In this document: one piece after another, positions 28,285 through 38,039 of the stretch
How the letters are laid out: every line of letters begins with the position of its first letter
Numbering within the stretch: the stretch's first letter is position 1
NCBI GenBank assembly: GCA_965652295.1
Contig: CBFGTS010000011.1
Coordinates: forward strand, 32,001-96,000
DNA length: 64,000 nucleotides
DNA from: an uncultured Haloferula sp.
Lineage (GTDB): Bacteria > Verrucomicrobiota > Verrucomicrobiia > Verrucomicrobiales > Akkermansiaceae
Reading direction: 5' to 3'
The notes under the pieces: generated by a model
What the model was told of the DNA's origin: nothing
Seen by the model: only the letters and a program-made list of their open reading frames with translations
Database searches by the model: none
Program-made: the position numbers and the translations under genes

Positions 28285-30975
28285 CTACTTGCGGTCTTTG
28301 GCCCGCTGGTAACGCGAGCGGCGGTTGGAATCCTGTGAGGGTGTCGTGACCTCGGGCTTTGGCGTGGGCTTCGGAGCCTCGGCCGCGGCCAGATGCGGCT
28401 GCCTGGGTGCCTTGGCGGGCTTCGGTTTCCGCTCGAATCGCAGGCGGCCGGGCAGGGGCATGCGCCAGCCGGTGCGGGTGACGAGGGCGTCGCCGAGAAG
28501 AAGGAACAGCAGCGAGCCGGCGAGCCAGGGGCGCAGACCCACGGCGCGCTCGCGGGCGGGGCGCAGCCAGGCTTCAGAGAGATCCAGTAGTTCACGTCCG
28601 CCGGTCTGGCGGGAAACGGTGCGGAGGTCCTCGATGCGTTCGGGATCGAAGGCCCACTCCACGGAGGCACCGACGGAAAGCGGACCGAAAGGAATCGCAT
28701 GCTCACCGATCTGGGCTGCGCCGCGCAGGACGGAGCCTTCCTCCAGATCGCGCGTGAGGGTGAAACGACCGGGCTCCATCCGCCGCCACGGGACGTCGTA
28801 GGGTGCGGTGAAATTGCCTTCCTCCAGCAGCCGGACTTTCGGCGGGGCGATGGCGAAGGTTTCACCCCACTCCTCGGGATCGTAGAGAAGATCCACCGTC
28901 AAGCGGGTGCCATCGAGCCGGTGCTTCAGCCCGATGCCGGGCGGCAGGTCCAGGCCCATCAGCCAGCGGGTCAGGGTTTGGGCGAAGTCGCCATACTGCG
29001 ACCACGCTCGCGTGCGATCGGAGAACTCGCCGCCGAGCGGAAAGGAAACAGCAGCGGTGCGGCCGAGCCCCCGACGGGCCTGGGCGACGAGCGGAGCGTG
29101 GTATTCGTCAGTGGTCACGAGCGAGACCGTGGCGTCCTCGCGGGCGTAGGAGAGGTTGTAGCCATCGACCTCGCCGGGCCACTCCAAGGGTTTCGGAGAA
29201 ACCTCCGCCCAGCGGCCGGACGGTAGCGCGCCGACGGGTGAATCAACGAACGCGGAGCGGGCGATGGTGACGGTTTCCTGGGCGAAAATTTTCGGGATAT
29301 CGACCGCCCGCTCGGAGAAGAAGATCCGGCCGTCGCCGCGCTTGGCGATGTCCTCAAGGAGCTGCGCGTCCGGGTCTTTGCGGGTGCCGAGGCCGATCAC
29401 GGAAACGGTGGCACCCTCCTTCTTCATTTCCTCCAGCAGGCGTTTGTAGTCGCCCGGTTCCTCGGAGTCCGCGGCGTCGGAGAAAAGGATCACGTGGCGG
29501 GTGCCGACCTGGGTTTTCTTGAGCTGGTCCCACGCCGCCTTGAGGCCCTCGTAAACGTAGATGCCACCGCCCATCGACTGCACCTTGCGCGCCTGTTTCT
29601 GGAGCTTCGCCTTGTTCGTGCCGATCCGCGTCATGGGGACGATCACGTGCGGCGCGCTGTCCACGGCGATGATGCTGACCTGATCCTGCATTCCTAGTAG
29701 TTCGATCGCCTCGGCCGCGCCGTTGTTGGCGAGGTCCATCTTGGTCACGTTCTTGCCGCCGGCGTTCACCGTCACGGCCATCGAGCCGGAGCGGTCGAGC
29801 ACCACGGCGAGCGCGACGGCGAGCTTGCGGTGCTCGTTCTTCAGCTCCATGGAGACCGGCAGCAGCGGATCGATGGACGACTGGAAATAGCCGCCCGAGC
29901 CGAAGGAATGCTTCCCGCCGACCATCAGGAAGCCGCCGGCCTGCTCGCGGACGAAGAAATCGAGCGCCTTCAGGAAGTCATCGGGCACCTCGTGGGCCGG
30001 GACGTTGTTGAAGATCACGGCGAGGCAGCCGGAGAGGCGGCCGGGCCGGAGCGACTGGGACTGCGATTCGACGTCCACGGTGAAATCCAGCGAGCGCAAC
30101 ACGCGGGCAAGCGGATCATCGGTGTAGTTCGAAACGATCAACACGCGCGGGCCGCCGGTGATTTCGATCCATTTCGACGAACGGTTGTTTCCCGGGTGGG
30201 CGTCGTTTTCCGGCACGATCTCGGCGCGGTATTCGAAGGAGCCGGTGACGGGGATACGATCGGTGAACTCGGCACGGCCGACGCCGTTGACCAGCTCGAC
30301 CTCGGTATCGAGCAGCTTTTGATCGCCGCGGTGGATGGCGAGCGGAAGTTTGTCATCGATCGAGCCGCGGACGGTGACCGAAAATAGGAACGGTTCGCCT
30401 GCCTGGCTGCGTTCCGGGAGGTCGATGCGGGCGATGCGGAAGTCATCGAGCGTTTCATCGCGGATGAGTCGGAAATCGACCGGGATGCCCCGCTTCTCAA
30501 GTTGTCCGGCGGCTTCGGTGAGCGGTTCGGTGGCGAAGCCGTCGGTGAAAACCAGCACGCGTGAGGAGCGGTTTTCATCGGCCAGCGCGGCGACGTGCGA
30601 CAGCGCGAGGCCGGTGCGGGTGAGCTTGCGCGAGCCGGTGAAGGTGTCGCCATCCTTGCCATGCTCGACGATTTCCGCGGCGTAGTCGTGGACGATGAGG
30701 CGGTCGCGTCGCGAGGGCTTCGCCTTCTCCAACAGCCGCTGCCACTCGGGCAGGCCCTTGTCGACGAGGTCTTCGGTCGAGTTCGAGCGATCGAGCAGGA
30801 CCCAGAGATCGACCGAGTCATCGCGGCGGACGAGAGTGGGATCGGCCAGCAGGGTGGCGGTCAGCAGGACCAGCAGCAGCCGCAGCGGCGAAAACACGTG
30901 CAGCCCGCGCCATACCCAGCCGATCAGGAGCACGGCGGGCAGGATGAGAAACCATTGGGGAGCGGCGAAAGTCAT
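28285..30975 (-). CDS. Membrane protein with two VWA domains and a GATase1-like domain
   Basis: MIDAS motifs DRSNS and DRSGS; GGFLMVGG..SFGSGGY..LLPV; TM segments at both ends. Confidence 0.85.
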   Translation of the reverse strand: MTFAAPQWFLILPAVLLIGWVWRGLHVFSPLRLLLVLLTATLLADPTLVRRDDSVDLWVLLDRSNSTEDLVDKGLPEWQRLLEKAKPSRRDRLIVHDYAAEIVEHGKDGDTFTGSRKLTRTGLALSHVAALADENRSSRVLVFTDGFATEPLTEAAGQLEKRGIPVDFRLIRDETLDDFRIARIDLPERSQAGEPFLFSVTVRGSIDDKLPLAIHRGDQKLLDTEVELVNGVGRAEFTDRIPVTGSFEYRAEIVPENDAHPGNNRSSKWIEITGGPRVLIVSNYTDDPLARVLRSLDFTVDVESQSQSLRPGRLSGCLAVIFNNVPAHEVPDDFLKALDFFVREQAGGFLMVGGKHSFGSGGYFQSSIDPLLPVSMELKNEHRKLAVALAVVLDRSGSMAVTVNAGGKNVTKMDLANNGAAEAIELLGMQDQVSIIAVDSAPHVIVPMTRIGTNKAKLQKQARKVQSMGGGIYVYEGLKAAWDQLKKTQVGTRHVILFSDAADSEEPGDYKRLLEEMKKEGATVSVIGLGTRKDPDAQLLEDIAKRGDGRIFFSERAVDIPKIFAQETVTIARSAFVDSPVGALPSGRWAEVSPKPLEWPGEVDGYNLSYAREDATVSLVTTDEYHAPLVAQARRGLGRTAAVSFPLGGEFSDRTRAWSQYGDFAQTLTRWLMGLDLPPGIGLKHRLDGTRLTVDLLYDPEEWGETFAIAPPKVRLLEEGNFTAPYDVPWRRMEPGRFTLTRDLEEGSVLRGAAQIGEHAIPFGPLSVGASVEWAFDPERIEDLRTVSRQTGGRELLDLSEAWLRPARERAVGLRPWLAGSLLFLLLGDALVTRTGWRMPLPGRLRFERKPKPAKAPRQPHLAAAEAPKPTPKPEVTTPSQDSNRRSRYQRAKDRK

Positions 30976-30987
30976 GGGAAAAGCGCT

Positions 30988-31090
30988 GTGGCATGATCGT
31001 TCCGATCATGAAGGGGACGAGCTGGAACGATGAGAGGAGTTTTAAAGTGGTATGGGCATCGAGGGTTCATGATCGGGACGATCATGCCAC
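30988..31090. repeat. Second REPIN-like element (different REP family)
   Basis: GTGGCATGATCGTTCCGATCATGAA (30988-31012) and its inverse (31066-31090), 24/25 identical. Confidence 0.85.
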
Positions 31091-32878
31091 GGGTAGTTGG
31101 GTCGGGTTTTCGGGGGTGGGACGTTTCGAGAAATGCCAGGAGACGAGCACGAGCGCCAGCAGCAGCAGGACCCAGGCGCGCCACCAGTGGTCTTCGGTGG
31201 TGTGGCGATCGACAGCTTGTGAGCCGGCGTCGGCGAGGTCGCCCGCGGTGGCACAGAGCGTCAGATCCGCCTCGCGCGAATCGGCGAAATACAGGGCGGC
31301 GGAAAAGAGCTCGGTGCCCTGTTGCCGCACGCTGAGGTAGCCGGGTTCGGCGGGAGCTTGAAGCTGGATCGAGGACGCCGCAGGCAGCTGCCGGCTGAGT
31401 GTTTCGCCGATGCGGAGATCGGTGGTCGTAACACTGACCGGGAGGGCGGGGTCGGTGGCGAGCTGGAGAAGCTGGTTGGTTTCAAGATTGGCCGATGACG
31501 GCGCGACCCGCTGCTCGCGCAGGCTTTCCACAAAGCGATGGAGGCAGACGATGAAGGCCGGCTGGGTGGCGGCATTGGAGAGCCGGAGGTCGAAGTTGAA
31601 GCAGAGCTGGCGGGGGCCGGAGGCGGTTCCGCTGAGGAAGATCAGCGGTCGCTCGTCCTGCCACAGCAGCACCTTGTCGGCGGGCGCGCGGTCGAGTTGG
31701 ATGGTCTCGCGAACGAGCAGCGACTGCCAGTTCAGGCCGGTGACCAGCGGGTGATCCTCGGCCACGATGCCGCCCTTGAGAAACGCTCCGGCGCGGGTGC
31801 TGTCGTTGACGAAGACGATCGAATTTCCGTCAGGCAACGTCGGATCGAGCGGATCATAGGAGACGATCGAGAGGTCCGCCTGCGAGAGATCGCCCACCGG
31901 CTCGATGGCTTCCAGCGAGCGGGTCATGCGTTCGGCCAGAGTGTCGAACTCGGGAGCGGTGGCGGTGAAAAGCCGCACGGTCTTCGGCCGCGGGCGGACA
32001 AGCGGAAGTACGTCGTCCATCGTAAAGGCATCGCCGGAGAGCCTCACCACCGCCCGCTCGCGGCCGGCCGGCAGGGCGGCTTGGAGGGAAACCACCGCAC
32101 CTGCGGCGAGATCGAGGGTCTTCGGTTCGCTCGCGCTGCCGTCCGGATAGGTCACCTGCCAGGTGCGGTTCGCCTCGCGCGTGCCGTGGTTTCTCACCAG
32201 CGCGTGCCACACGTCGGCCCCTTGCTCGCGGCTGAACCGAAGGCCGGTGAAGCCGACGTTTTCCTCCGGTGAACCGACCGCCAGCAGGCGCGCGTCGGAG
32301 GGCAGCGATTCGACCGGTGTGTCGGTGGCGTACACCACGATGCCTTCGCGCCCGACGAGCGAGCGGGCGATGCGCAGCGCGGGGCCGGGGGCGAGCGTGC
32401 CTTCCGTGGGCGTCCAGATTTCCAAGGCGGCGAGTGCGTCCTCGATTGAGACGCCGTGGTAGAGGCGTTCGCGACCGGGCGTGCTTTCGAGAACCGTCAG
32501 CTCCAGCGTGGCCGCCGCTCCACGCAGAGGTGGGAGTTGCTCGCGCAGCGCCTGCATCAGCGGTTCGCGGAAGACGCTCATCGAGGCCGAGCCATCGAGC
32601 ACCACCGCCACGCGTTGGGTGCTCTGCGGCCGCTGGTAGCGCGGCTCGGCGAGGATCCATGCGAGCAGCAGGACGCCCAACAACTGCATCCATAGTGGCA
32701 CGGAATTCATCAACCGGTCGAAGCGCCGCCCGCTCGCGGACTCGCGCTGCGTCTTCGCCAGGAGGAAGAGCGTGGTGACCGGCAGCTCGCGCGCGCGGCG
32801 CTGGAGAAAATGGATGGCCAGCACGGCGGGAATGCCGAGCAGGGCCCAGAGTCCGGCTGGATTGGCGAAGAACATCAT
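31082..32878 (-). CDS. BatA N-terminal domain / VWA protein
   Basis: FANPAGLWALLGIPAVLAIHFL, LAEP, DGSAS MIDAS, C-terminal TM. Confidence 0.87.
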   Translation of the reverse strand: MMFFANPAGLWALLGIPAVLAIHFLQRRARELPVTTLFLLAKTQRESASGRRFDRLMNSVPLWMQLLGVLLLAWILAEPRYQRPQSTQRVAVVLDGSASMSVFREPLMQALREQLPPLRGAAATLELTVLESTPGRERLYHGVSIEDALAALEIWTPTEGTLAPGPALRIARSLVGREGIVVYATDTPVESLPSDARLLAVGSPEENVGFTGLRFSREQGADVWHALVRNHGTREANRTWQVTYPDGSASEPKTLDLAAGAVVSLQAALPAGRERAVVRLSGDAFTMDDVLPLVRPRPKTVRLFTATAPEFDTLAERMTRSLEAIEPVGDLSQADLSIVSYDPLDPTLPDGNSIVFVNDSTRAGAFLKGGIVAEDHPLVTGLNWQSLLVRETIQLDRAPADKVLLWQDERPLIFLSGTASGPRQLCFNFDLRLSNAATQPAFIVCLHRFVESLREQRVAPSSANLETNQLLQLATDPALPVSVTTTDLRIGETLSRQLPAASSIQLQAPAEPGYLSVRQQGTELFSAALYFADSREADLTLCATAGDLADAGSQAVDRHTTEDHWWRAWVLLLLALVLVSWHFSKRPTPENPTQLPVA

Positions 32879-33759
32879 CCGGCGGCGGTTTCGAAGGCGG
32901 CTGCGGGCACGGCTTCGGCGAAGAGGGAGGTCTGGAGATCCGACCCGGCGGCGACGCGGGCGAAGGCGGCGTGATGACGGCGCGCCGCGTTTTTCCAGAG
33001 GGCGAAATGGCGGGTGTAGGCTTCCTTGTAGCGGCGCAGCACGTTCGGTTCGATGCGGTGCGGGTGACGGCTGCCGGCCTCGGCGTCGATGAACTCGACG
33101 TTGCCGTGCCACTCGGGATCCGCCTCGGCTCGGGAAAACGGCGCCAGCACGATGGGCGAGCCGTGACGGCCGGAAAGCAGGCGCAGCGGAGGCTCCGGAT
33201 CGCCCTCGAACAGCAAATCTGACACGAACACGCGGATCGCGTTCTGGCGCAGCGGGATGCGTGAGAGATCCGGCGACGAACTGGCGGCGGTGGCGGGCAG
33301 CGCGCGCGCGGTATCGAGCCATCGATGGGTCACGATTTCCTCCACCGGCACCGGGCGCATGGCGTCGCCGCGCACCAGGTGAACGGCGGTCGAGGCCCCG
33401 GAGTGGCGCGCGCTTTCCACCACGAGGTAGAACAACTCGACGGAGCGCGCTGCTTTCTCCGGCTCGAAAAACATCGATTCGGAGACATCGAGGACGACGT
33501 CGACCACCGGGCGGACTTCCTCGCGGTAGAGCTTCATCGTGTAGTGCCCGGTGCGCGCGTAGGCCTGCCAGTTGATATGCCGCGGGTCATCCCCGGGGAC
33601 GTAGGTCCGGTGGTCCTGGAAATCGAGCGACGAACCGGTGCCGGCCCCGTGAAACTCACCCGCGGCTCCTTTCCACACCCGCGACCGCAGTGGCAGCCGC
33701 AAGCGTCCCGCGGCGGCGAGCGCGCGGGCGTGGCAGGTGGCGAGGGTTTCCGGCGTCAT
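32875..33759 (-). CDS. DUF58 domain protein
   Basis: GSSLDFQDHRTYVPGDDPRHINW, DVSES, FVSDLL. Confidence 0.92.
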   Translation of the reverse strand: MTPETLATCHARALAAAGRLRLPLRSRVWKGAAGEFHGAGTGSSLDFQDHRTYVPGDDPRHINWQAYARTGHYTMKLYREEVRPVVDVVLDVSESMFFEPEKAARSVELFYLVVESARHSGASTAVHLVRGDAMRPVPVEEIVTHRWLDTARALPATAASSSPDLSRIPLRQNAIRVFVSDLLFEGDPEPPLRLLSGRHGSPIVLAPFSRAEADPEWHGNVEFIDAEAGSRHPHRIEPNVLRRYKEAYTRHFALWKNAARRHHAAFARVAAGSDLQTSLFAEAVPAAAFETAAG

Positions 33760-35249
33760 GGGTGCGGACGGCATTGGTGTTCGATCGCGCGGACCTTCCC
33801 GAGTTGCAGCAACGCGGCCACCACAACAATGCCGAGATAGAGCGAGGTGAAGATGGAGAGGACGACCCACAGAGTCGAATCGCGGTACTGGCCGCCGGAT
33901 TCCATCATCACGAGGCCGACGCCGGGGAGCCATGAAAACGCCCAGAGGAACCCGCGCTCACCGCGTGAAACGGCCTCCGCGAGCACAACGAGCACCATCA
34001 CGAGGATGATGTTGGTGAGCAGGATCAGGATGCAACGCGTGAAACGTTTCGGCGCGTCGTTGCGGAAGAAGGAGAGCAGCGTGGCGGGGAAAATCAGCGC
34101 CATGAGGAACGAGAGGAGAACGACGTAGCTGGTCGTATGGCTACCCGGATAGCGGCTGTAGTGGTTGTAGGTGACGGCGACGGTGGCGGCGGTGAGTCCG
34201 AGCACCGGCAGCAGCCAGAGCACGGCGGAGGGCCAGCCGGGGTAAAGAAAGCGCCCTGCGAGGCGGCCGAGGGCTCTGTTCCGAACAAACGGAGCGCAGT
34301 GGGGCGGCAGCAGGGCGAAGGGTTCGGCCAGCGCCAGGAAGGCGACCGGGGCGATGAGGAAGAACAGGATGGTGAACGTCGCGCCCGCCGAAAGCGCGGG
34401 GATCGCCGCGCGGATGCCGAGGAAAACGAAGAGCAGCGCCAGCGTGACGATGCGCCGGACGGTGCTGTGGTTCTCGGCGGCCGGGGCGATCATCGATGCG
34501 CCGATGCCGAGCGCGAGCCAGGAGAAATAAGTAAAGCCGGCGACCAGGCTGAAGACGACCCAGCGACCCTCGGAATCCTGGAGGGCGAAGATTTCGATCA
34601 ACTCCAGGAAGTCCCGGTCGAAGACGAAGGCGGGGATGAAGATGATGCCTGACGCCAGCCCGAGCAGCGGCAGCAGCCCGCGGATCAGTACGCTGGGAAT
34701 TGCGGAAATGCCGATGACCGTCGCAGTGAGTGCGGCCGAAACGAGCAGGATGAAGGCAAGCAGGTGAAGTTCGCCGAACAGGTTCATCTCGCCGAACCAG
34801 TAGCGCAGCACGAGGTAGGGCAGCACCGCGGCGAAGAGCAGCGCGGACTGGGCGACGATCGAGACCCATTTCCCCAGAACGATCCGCCACGCGCTGAGAC
34901 GGGTGAGCACCATGAGTTCGAGGGTGTTGGCGTCGATCTCGCGATGCAGCGCACCGATCCCGCGCATCGGCTGGATCACGATCAGGGCGAGACCGTAGAA
35001 GAGGAAGACGATGCGGCTCACGGCCACACCGGCATCGCCCGGATCGCGGGTGGCGGCGATAAAGGTGAGCATCAGCAGCGCCAGAATCCCCTGGAGGATG
35101 AGGAAGACGGCGACGAAACTCTTCGCCCGCAGACCCTGGCGCAGCTCCTTGACCAGCATCGGGGAAAGCCGGTCGCTGAAGTCCCTCAGGCGGTCCGCGA
35201 CCCAGACGGGTGCGGGCTCCGGCGCGGTAGCGGGTGGGGTTTCCGGCAT
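33756..35249 (-). CDS. ABC-2-type permease-like membrane protein
   Basis: SPMLVKELRQGLR, ELMVLTRLSAWRIVLGK; many TM helices. Confidence 0.82.
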   Translation of the reverse strand: MPETPPATAPEPAPVWVADRLRDFSDRLSPMLVKELRQGLRAKSFVAVFLILQGILALLMLTFIAATRDPGDAGVAVSRIVFLFYGLALIVIQPMRGIGALHREIDANTLELMVLTRLSAWRIVLGKWVSIVAQSALLFAAVLPYLVLRYWFGEMNLFGELHLLAFILLVSAALTATVIGISAIPSVLIRGLLPLLGLASGIIFIPAFVFDRDFLELIEIFALQDSEGRWVVFSLVAGFTYFSWLALGIGASMIAPAAENHSTVRRIVTLALLFVFLGIRAAIPALSAGATFTILFFLIAPVAFLALAEPFALLPPHCAPFVRNRALGRLAGRFLYPGWPSAVLWLLPVLGLTAATVAVTYNHYSRYPGSHTTSYVVLLSFLMALIFPATLLSFFRNDAPKRFTRCILILLTNIILVMVLVVLAEAVSRGERGFLWAFSWLPGVGLVMMESGGQYRDSTLWVVLSIFTSLYLGIVVVAALLQLGKVRAIEHQCRPHP

Positions 35250-35254
35250 GGTCT

Positions 35255-36253
35255 TCAGGGCGCGAAGGTGGGCGGCGCGGTGGGCATTTCGGCGGGCACC
35301 GCATTTTCCTGATCGAGGCGCCCGAGCATGTCGATGAAGGCGTCCTCCAGGTTGCGCTGTTCGCGGTGGAACTCGGTGATATGGAGCTCGTCCTTCACCA
35401 TTCGGGCGAGCACGAAGGCGGCGCGATCGGGCTCGTTGCCCTCGATGCGGATCCGGCCGCCGAGCTTGCGGGCTTCGAGGAACTCCACGTGCGGATTGAC
35501 CGCGCACCACTCCGCCAGCCGCGCGGGATCTCCGGCCACCTGCACGTCGTAGAGCATGCCTCCGCCGGTGTCGGTGCCGTTGCGCAGCGATTCGGCGTCA
35601 CCGTGATGGACGATGCGGCCGTTGTTCACGAACAGCAGGGAGTCGCACATCTCGCCCAGCTCGGAGAGGATGTGGGAGGAGATGAAGATGGTTTTTCCCT
35701 CCTGGGCGAGAACGCGGATGAGGTGCTTCAGCTCGACGCGGGCCTTCGGGTCGAGCCCTGCGGCGGGCTCATCCATGATCAGCACCTGCGGGTCGTGCAG
35801 CAGCGCGCGGCCGAGGCAGAGGCGTTGTGTGAGGCCCTTGGAAAGCTTGTTCGAAAAGCGGTCGGCGAGCGGAATGAGGTCGGTGAACTCCATCACCTCC
35901 TGCACCCGCTCACGACGTTCGTCGCCGGAATAGCCGAAGGCGCGGGCGTAGAAATCGAGGTATTCGAGCACCGTCATGTGCTCGTAGTTGCCGAAGTGGT
36001 CGGGCATCCAGCCGATCAGCCGGCGGACTTGTTCCGGGTGATGGACCACGTTGATTCCGCAGATCTCGGCCGTTCCCATCGTCGGATAGTCGAGGCTGGC
36101 GAGGATGCGCATGGTGGTGGTCTTGCCGGCACCATTGGCTCCGACGAAACCGCACACCGAGCCGTGAGGGATCTCAAAGGAAATCCCGTTCACAGCCTTC
36201 AGTTGGCCGAAGTAGCGGTAGAGGTTGTGGACTCGGATGGCGCTGTCGGACAT
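35255..36253 (-). CDS. ABC transporter ATP-binding protein
   Basis: GANGAGKTT, LSKG, MDEP, SSH. Confidence 0.94.
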   Translation of the reverse strand: MSDSAIRVHNLYRYFGQLKAVNGISFEIPHGSVCGFVGANGAGKTTTMRILASLDYPTMGTAEICGINVVHHPEQVRRLIGWMPDHFGNYEHMTVLEYLDFYARAFGYSGDERRERVQEVMEFTDLIPLADRFSNKLSKGLTQRLCLGRALLHDPQVLIMDEPAAGLDPKARVELKHLIRVLAQEGKTIFISSHILSELGEMCDSLLFVNNGRIVHHGDAESLRNGTDTGGGMLYDVQVAGDPARLAEWCAVNPHVEFLEARKLGGRIRIEGNEPDRAAFVLARMVKDELHITEFHREQRNLEDAFIDMLGRLDQENAVPAEMPTAPPTFAP

Positions 36254-36272
36254 GGGAAATCTACGGGCGTGT

Positions 36273-38036
36273 TCAGCGGGCGACCGGACCGGTCAGGACG
36301 GTGGTGGTGGATTGCCAGCGGATGGACGGAAAGGTCTCGATGGCGGGGGCTTCGGTGGTGAGGGCGATGAAGTGGTCACTCCGCGGAGCGACCTGCTGGA
36401 GCATCCGGCGGTGGCGCGCACCGAAGAGGTCGGAGGTCTCGGCCAGCGCGGTCTTGCGTGTTTTGGCATCGATGGTCACCGCCTCGACCGGTTTCCCGGC
36501 TTCCAGGTTGCGCGCGATCCAGTGGGCTCCGCTACGGTCGGTGTAGTAGAGGGTTTCGAGGGGGAAATCGAACGAGGAGACCAGTTTCGGAGCCCCGGTG
36601 CCGTTCTGCTCACGGACCTCGATACGGCCGCGGGTGGGCACGATGGCTTCGACGACCTGGCCTTGTTCGGAGCGGCTGCTGAACCAATCGCCGCCGAGAC
36701 GCAGGCCTTCGTCAGTAAAAGCCGTGGTGTAGACGAAGTCTTCGGCACCCATGCCGGACTTGAGGCGTGTCCAGGGACCGTCGGCGATCGGCACCGGTGC
36801 GATCACCGCCTCCTCGTTAACGGTGAAGGACGACCCGAGCAGCACACCGGTGCGGCTGACCTGCTCCTGGTGGACGTAGGCGCGGTTTTCATCGCCACCC
36901 GCCCGCACTTCGATCAAGGCCACTCTTTCGCCGCGGCCGCCGATGCCATCGCGCATCAAAATGAGACCGAGCAGCAGCGCGCAGGTGGCCAGGGAAATGA
37001 TCGGCGTGGTGATGAACAGCCGGTGACGACGGCCGGACTTGGCGAAAACGAAGAGGTTCACCGGCCCGACGACCACGCCGAAAGCGATCAGCACCACGAT
37101 GAACAGCGCGTAGTTGAAAGCGCGGGAGCCGAAGCGGACATGCAGCGGCCAGACCGACGAGTAGTCTTGTTCCAAGCTGAGCAGGCGCGAGTCGGAGTGG
37201 CTGCGGAGACGCGTAACCACGGTCGGCGCATCGAGTTTGAGATCGGCGGGCACATCGCCGAGCGAGACCGAACCGAAGCCATAGGTTCGGTTGCTTTGTC
37301 CCTCGTCCACTTCGATGCCGAGACTGGCGAAGGTGGCCGGGCTGCCTCCGACCCGCAGGATTTCGAGATCCGCGCCGAGGCGGCACCACTCCAGAATGGC
37401 GGCGCGGGCTGGCGGGGAGAGGTCGAGCCAATCGGCATCGGTCAGCATCAGCAGATCGTATCCGGCATAGGCGCGCCAGTCGGCGGGCATGCGTTTGGGA
37501 TCGAAGCTGGCGGCGAACGAATAGGTCCGGTAGCCGCTCGACGAGGTGTTGAGCTCCTTGTCGAGTTCGCCGCGATTCGGGGTGAAAAGCGCCTCGGACA
37601 GAAGTACGGCGGGCATGGTAGGCGACCACTCGCCTTCGAGACCTCCCTCAAGCCGGCCGAAGGAGCCGCTGGAGATCACCGACACGCTGGCGTCGATCTC
37701 CGAGCCGCTCAGCAGGGCGGTGTTGAGCGGCACGAGCAGATCGCGCGTGACGGTGCCGCCGGCAGGGAGATCGATTTCGAACGACGATGACATCTCCGAC
37801 CCCGCTCCGGTCACGGAAACGGCCCGCAGGTTGAGCGTGCCGTCGGTTTCCCGCTGGTTCGCGCCGGTCACGCGGACCGGCAGAAATCCGCCGGGCGCGG
37901 GCATGCTGAAGAGCGCGGTGACCTCGATGCGGGTGCGGTCGGTCGGATGGCGCGGCTCCGGCGCGAGTTGGAAAAGCGACTCCTGGGCGGAGACCAGCGG
38001 AGCCAGCAGCAGCAGGGCGAAGGTGCGAAATCTCAT
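36273..38036 (-). CDS. Exported/membrane hypothetical protein of the MoxR operon
   Basis: Signal peptide; two central TMs with VVGPVN motif. Confidence 0.75.
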   Translation of the reverse strand: MRFRTFALLLLAPLVSAQESLFQLAPEPRHPTDRTRIEVTALFSMPAPGGFLPVRVTGANQRETDGTLNLRAVSVTGAGSEMSSSFEIDLPAGGTVTRDLLVPLNTALLSGSEIDASVSVISSGSFGRLEGGLEGEWSPTMPAVLLSEALFTPNRGELDKELNTSSSGYRTYSFAASFDPKRMPADWRAYAGYDLLMLTDADWLDLSPPARAAILEWCRLGADLEILRVGGSPATFASLGIEVDEGQSNRTYGFGSVSLGDVPADLKLDAPTVVTRLRSHSDSRLLSLEQDYSSVWPLHVRFGSRAFNYALFIVVLIAFGVVVGPVNLFVFAKSGRRHRLFITTPIISLATCALLLGLILMRDGIGGRGERVALIEVRAGGDENRAYVHQEQVSRTGVLLGSSFTVNEEAVIAPVPIADGPWTRLKSGMGAEDFVYTTAFTDEGLRLGGDWFSSRSEQGQVVEAIVPTRGRIEVREQNGTGAPKLVSSFDFPLETLYYTDRSGAHWIARNLEAGKPVEAVTIDAKTRKTALAETSDLFGARHRRMLQQVAPRSDHFIALTTEAPAIETFPSIRWQSTTTVLTGPVAR

Positions 38037-38039
38037 GCC

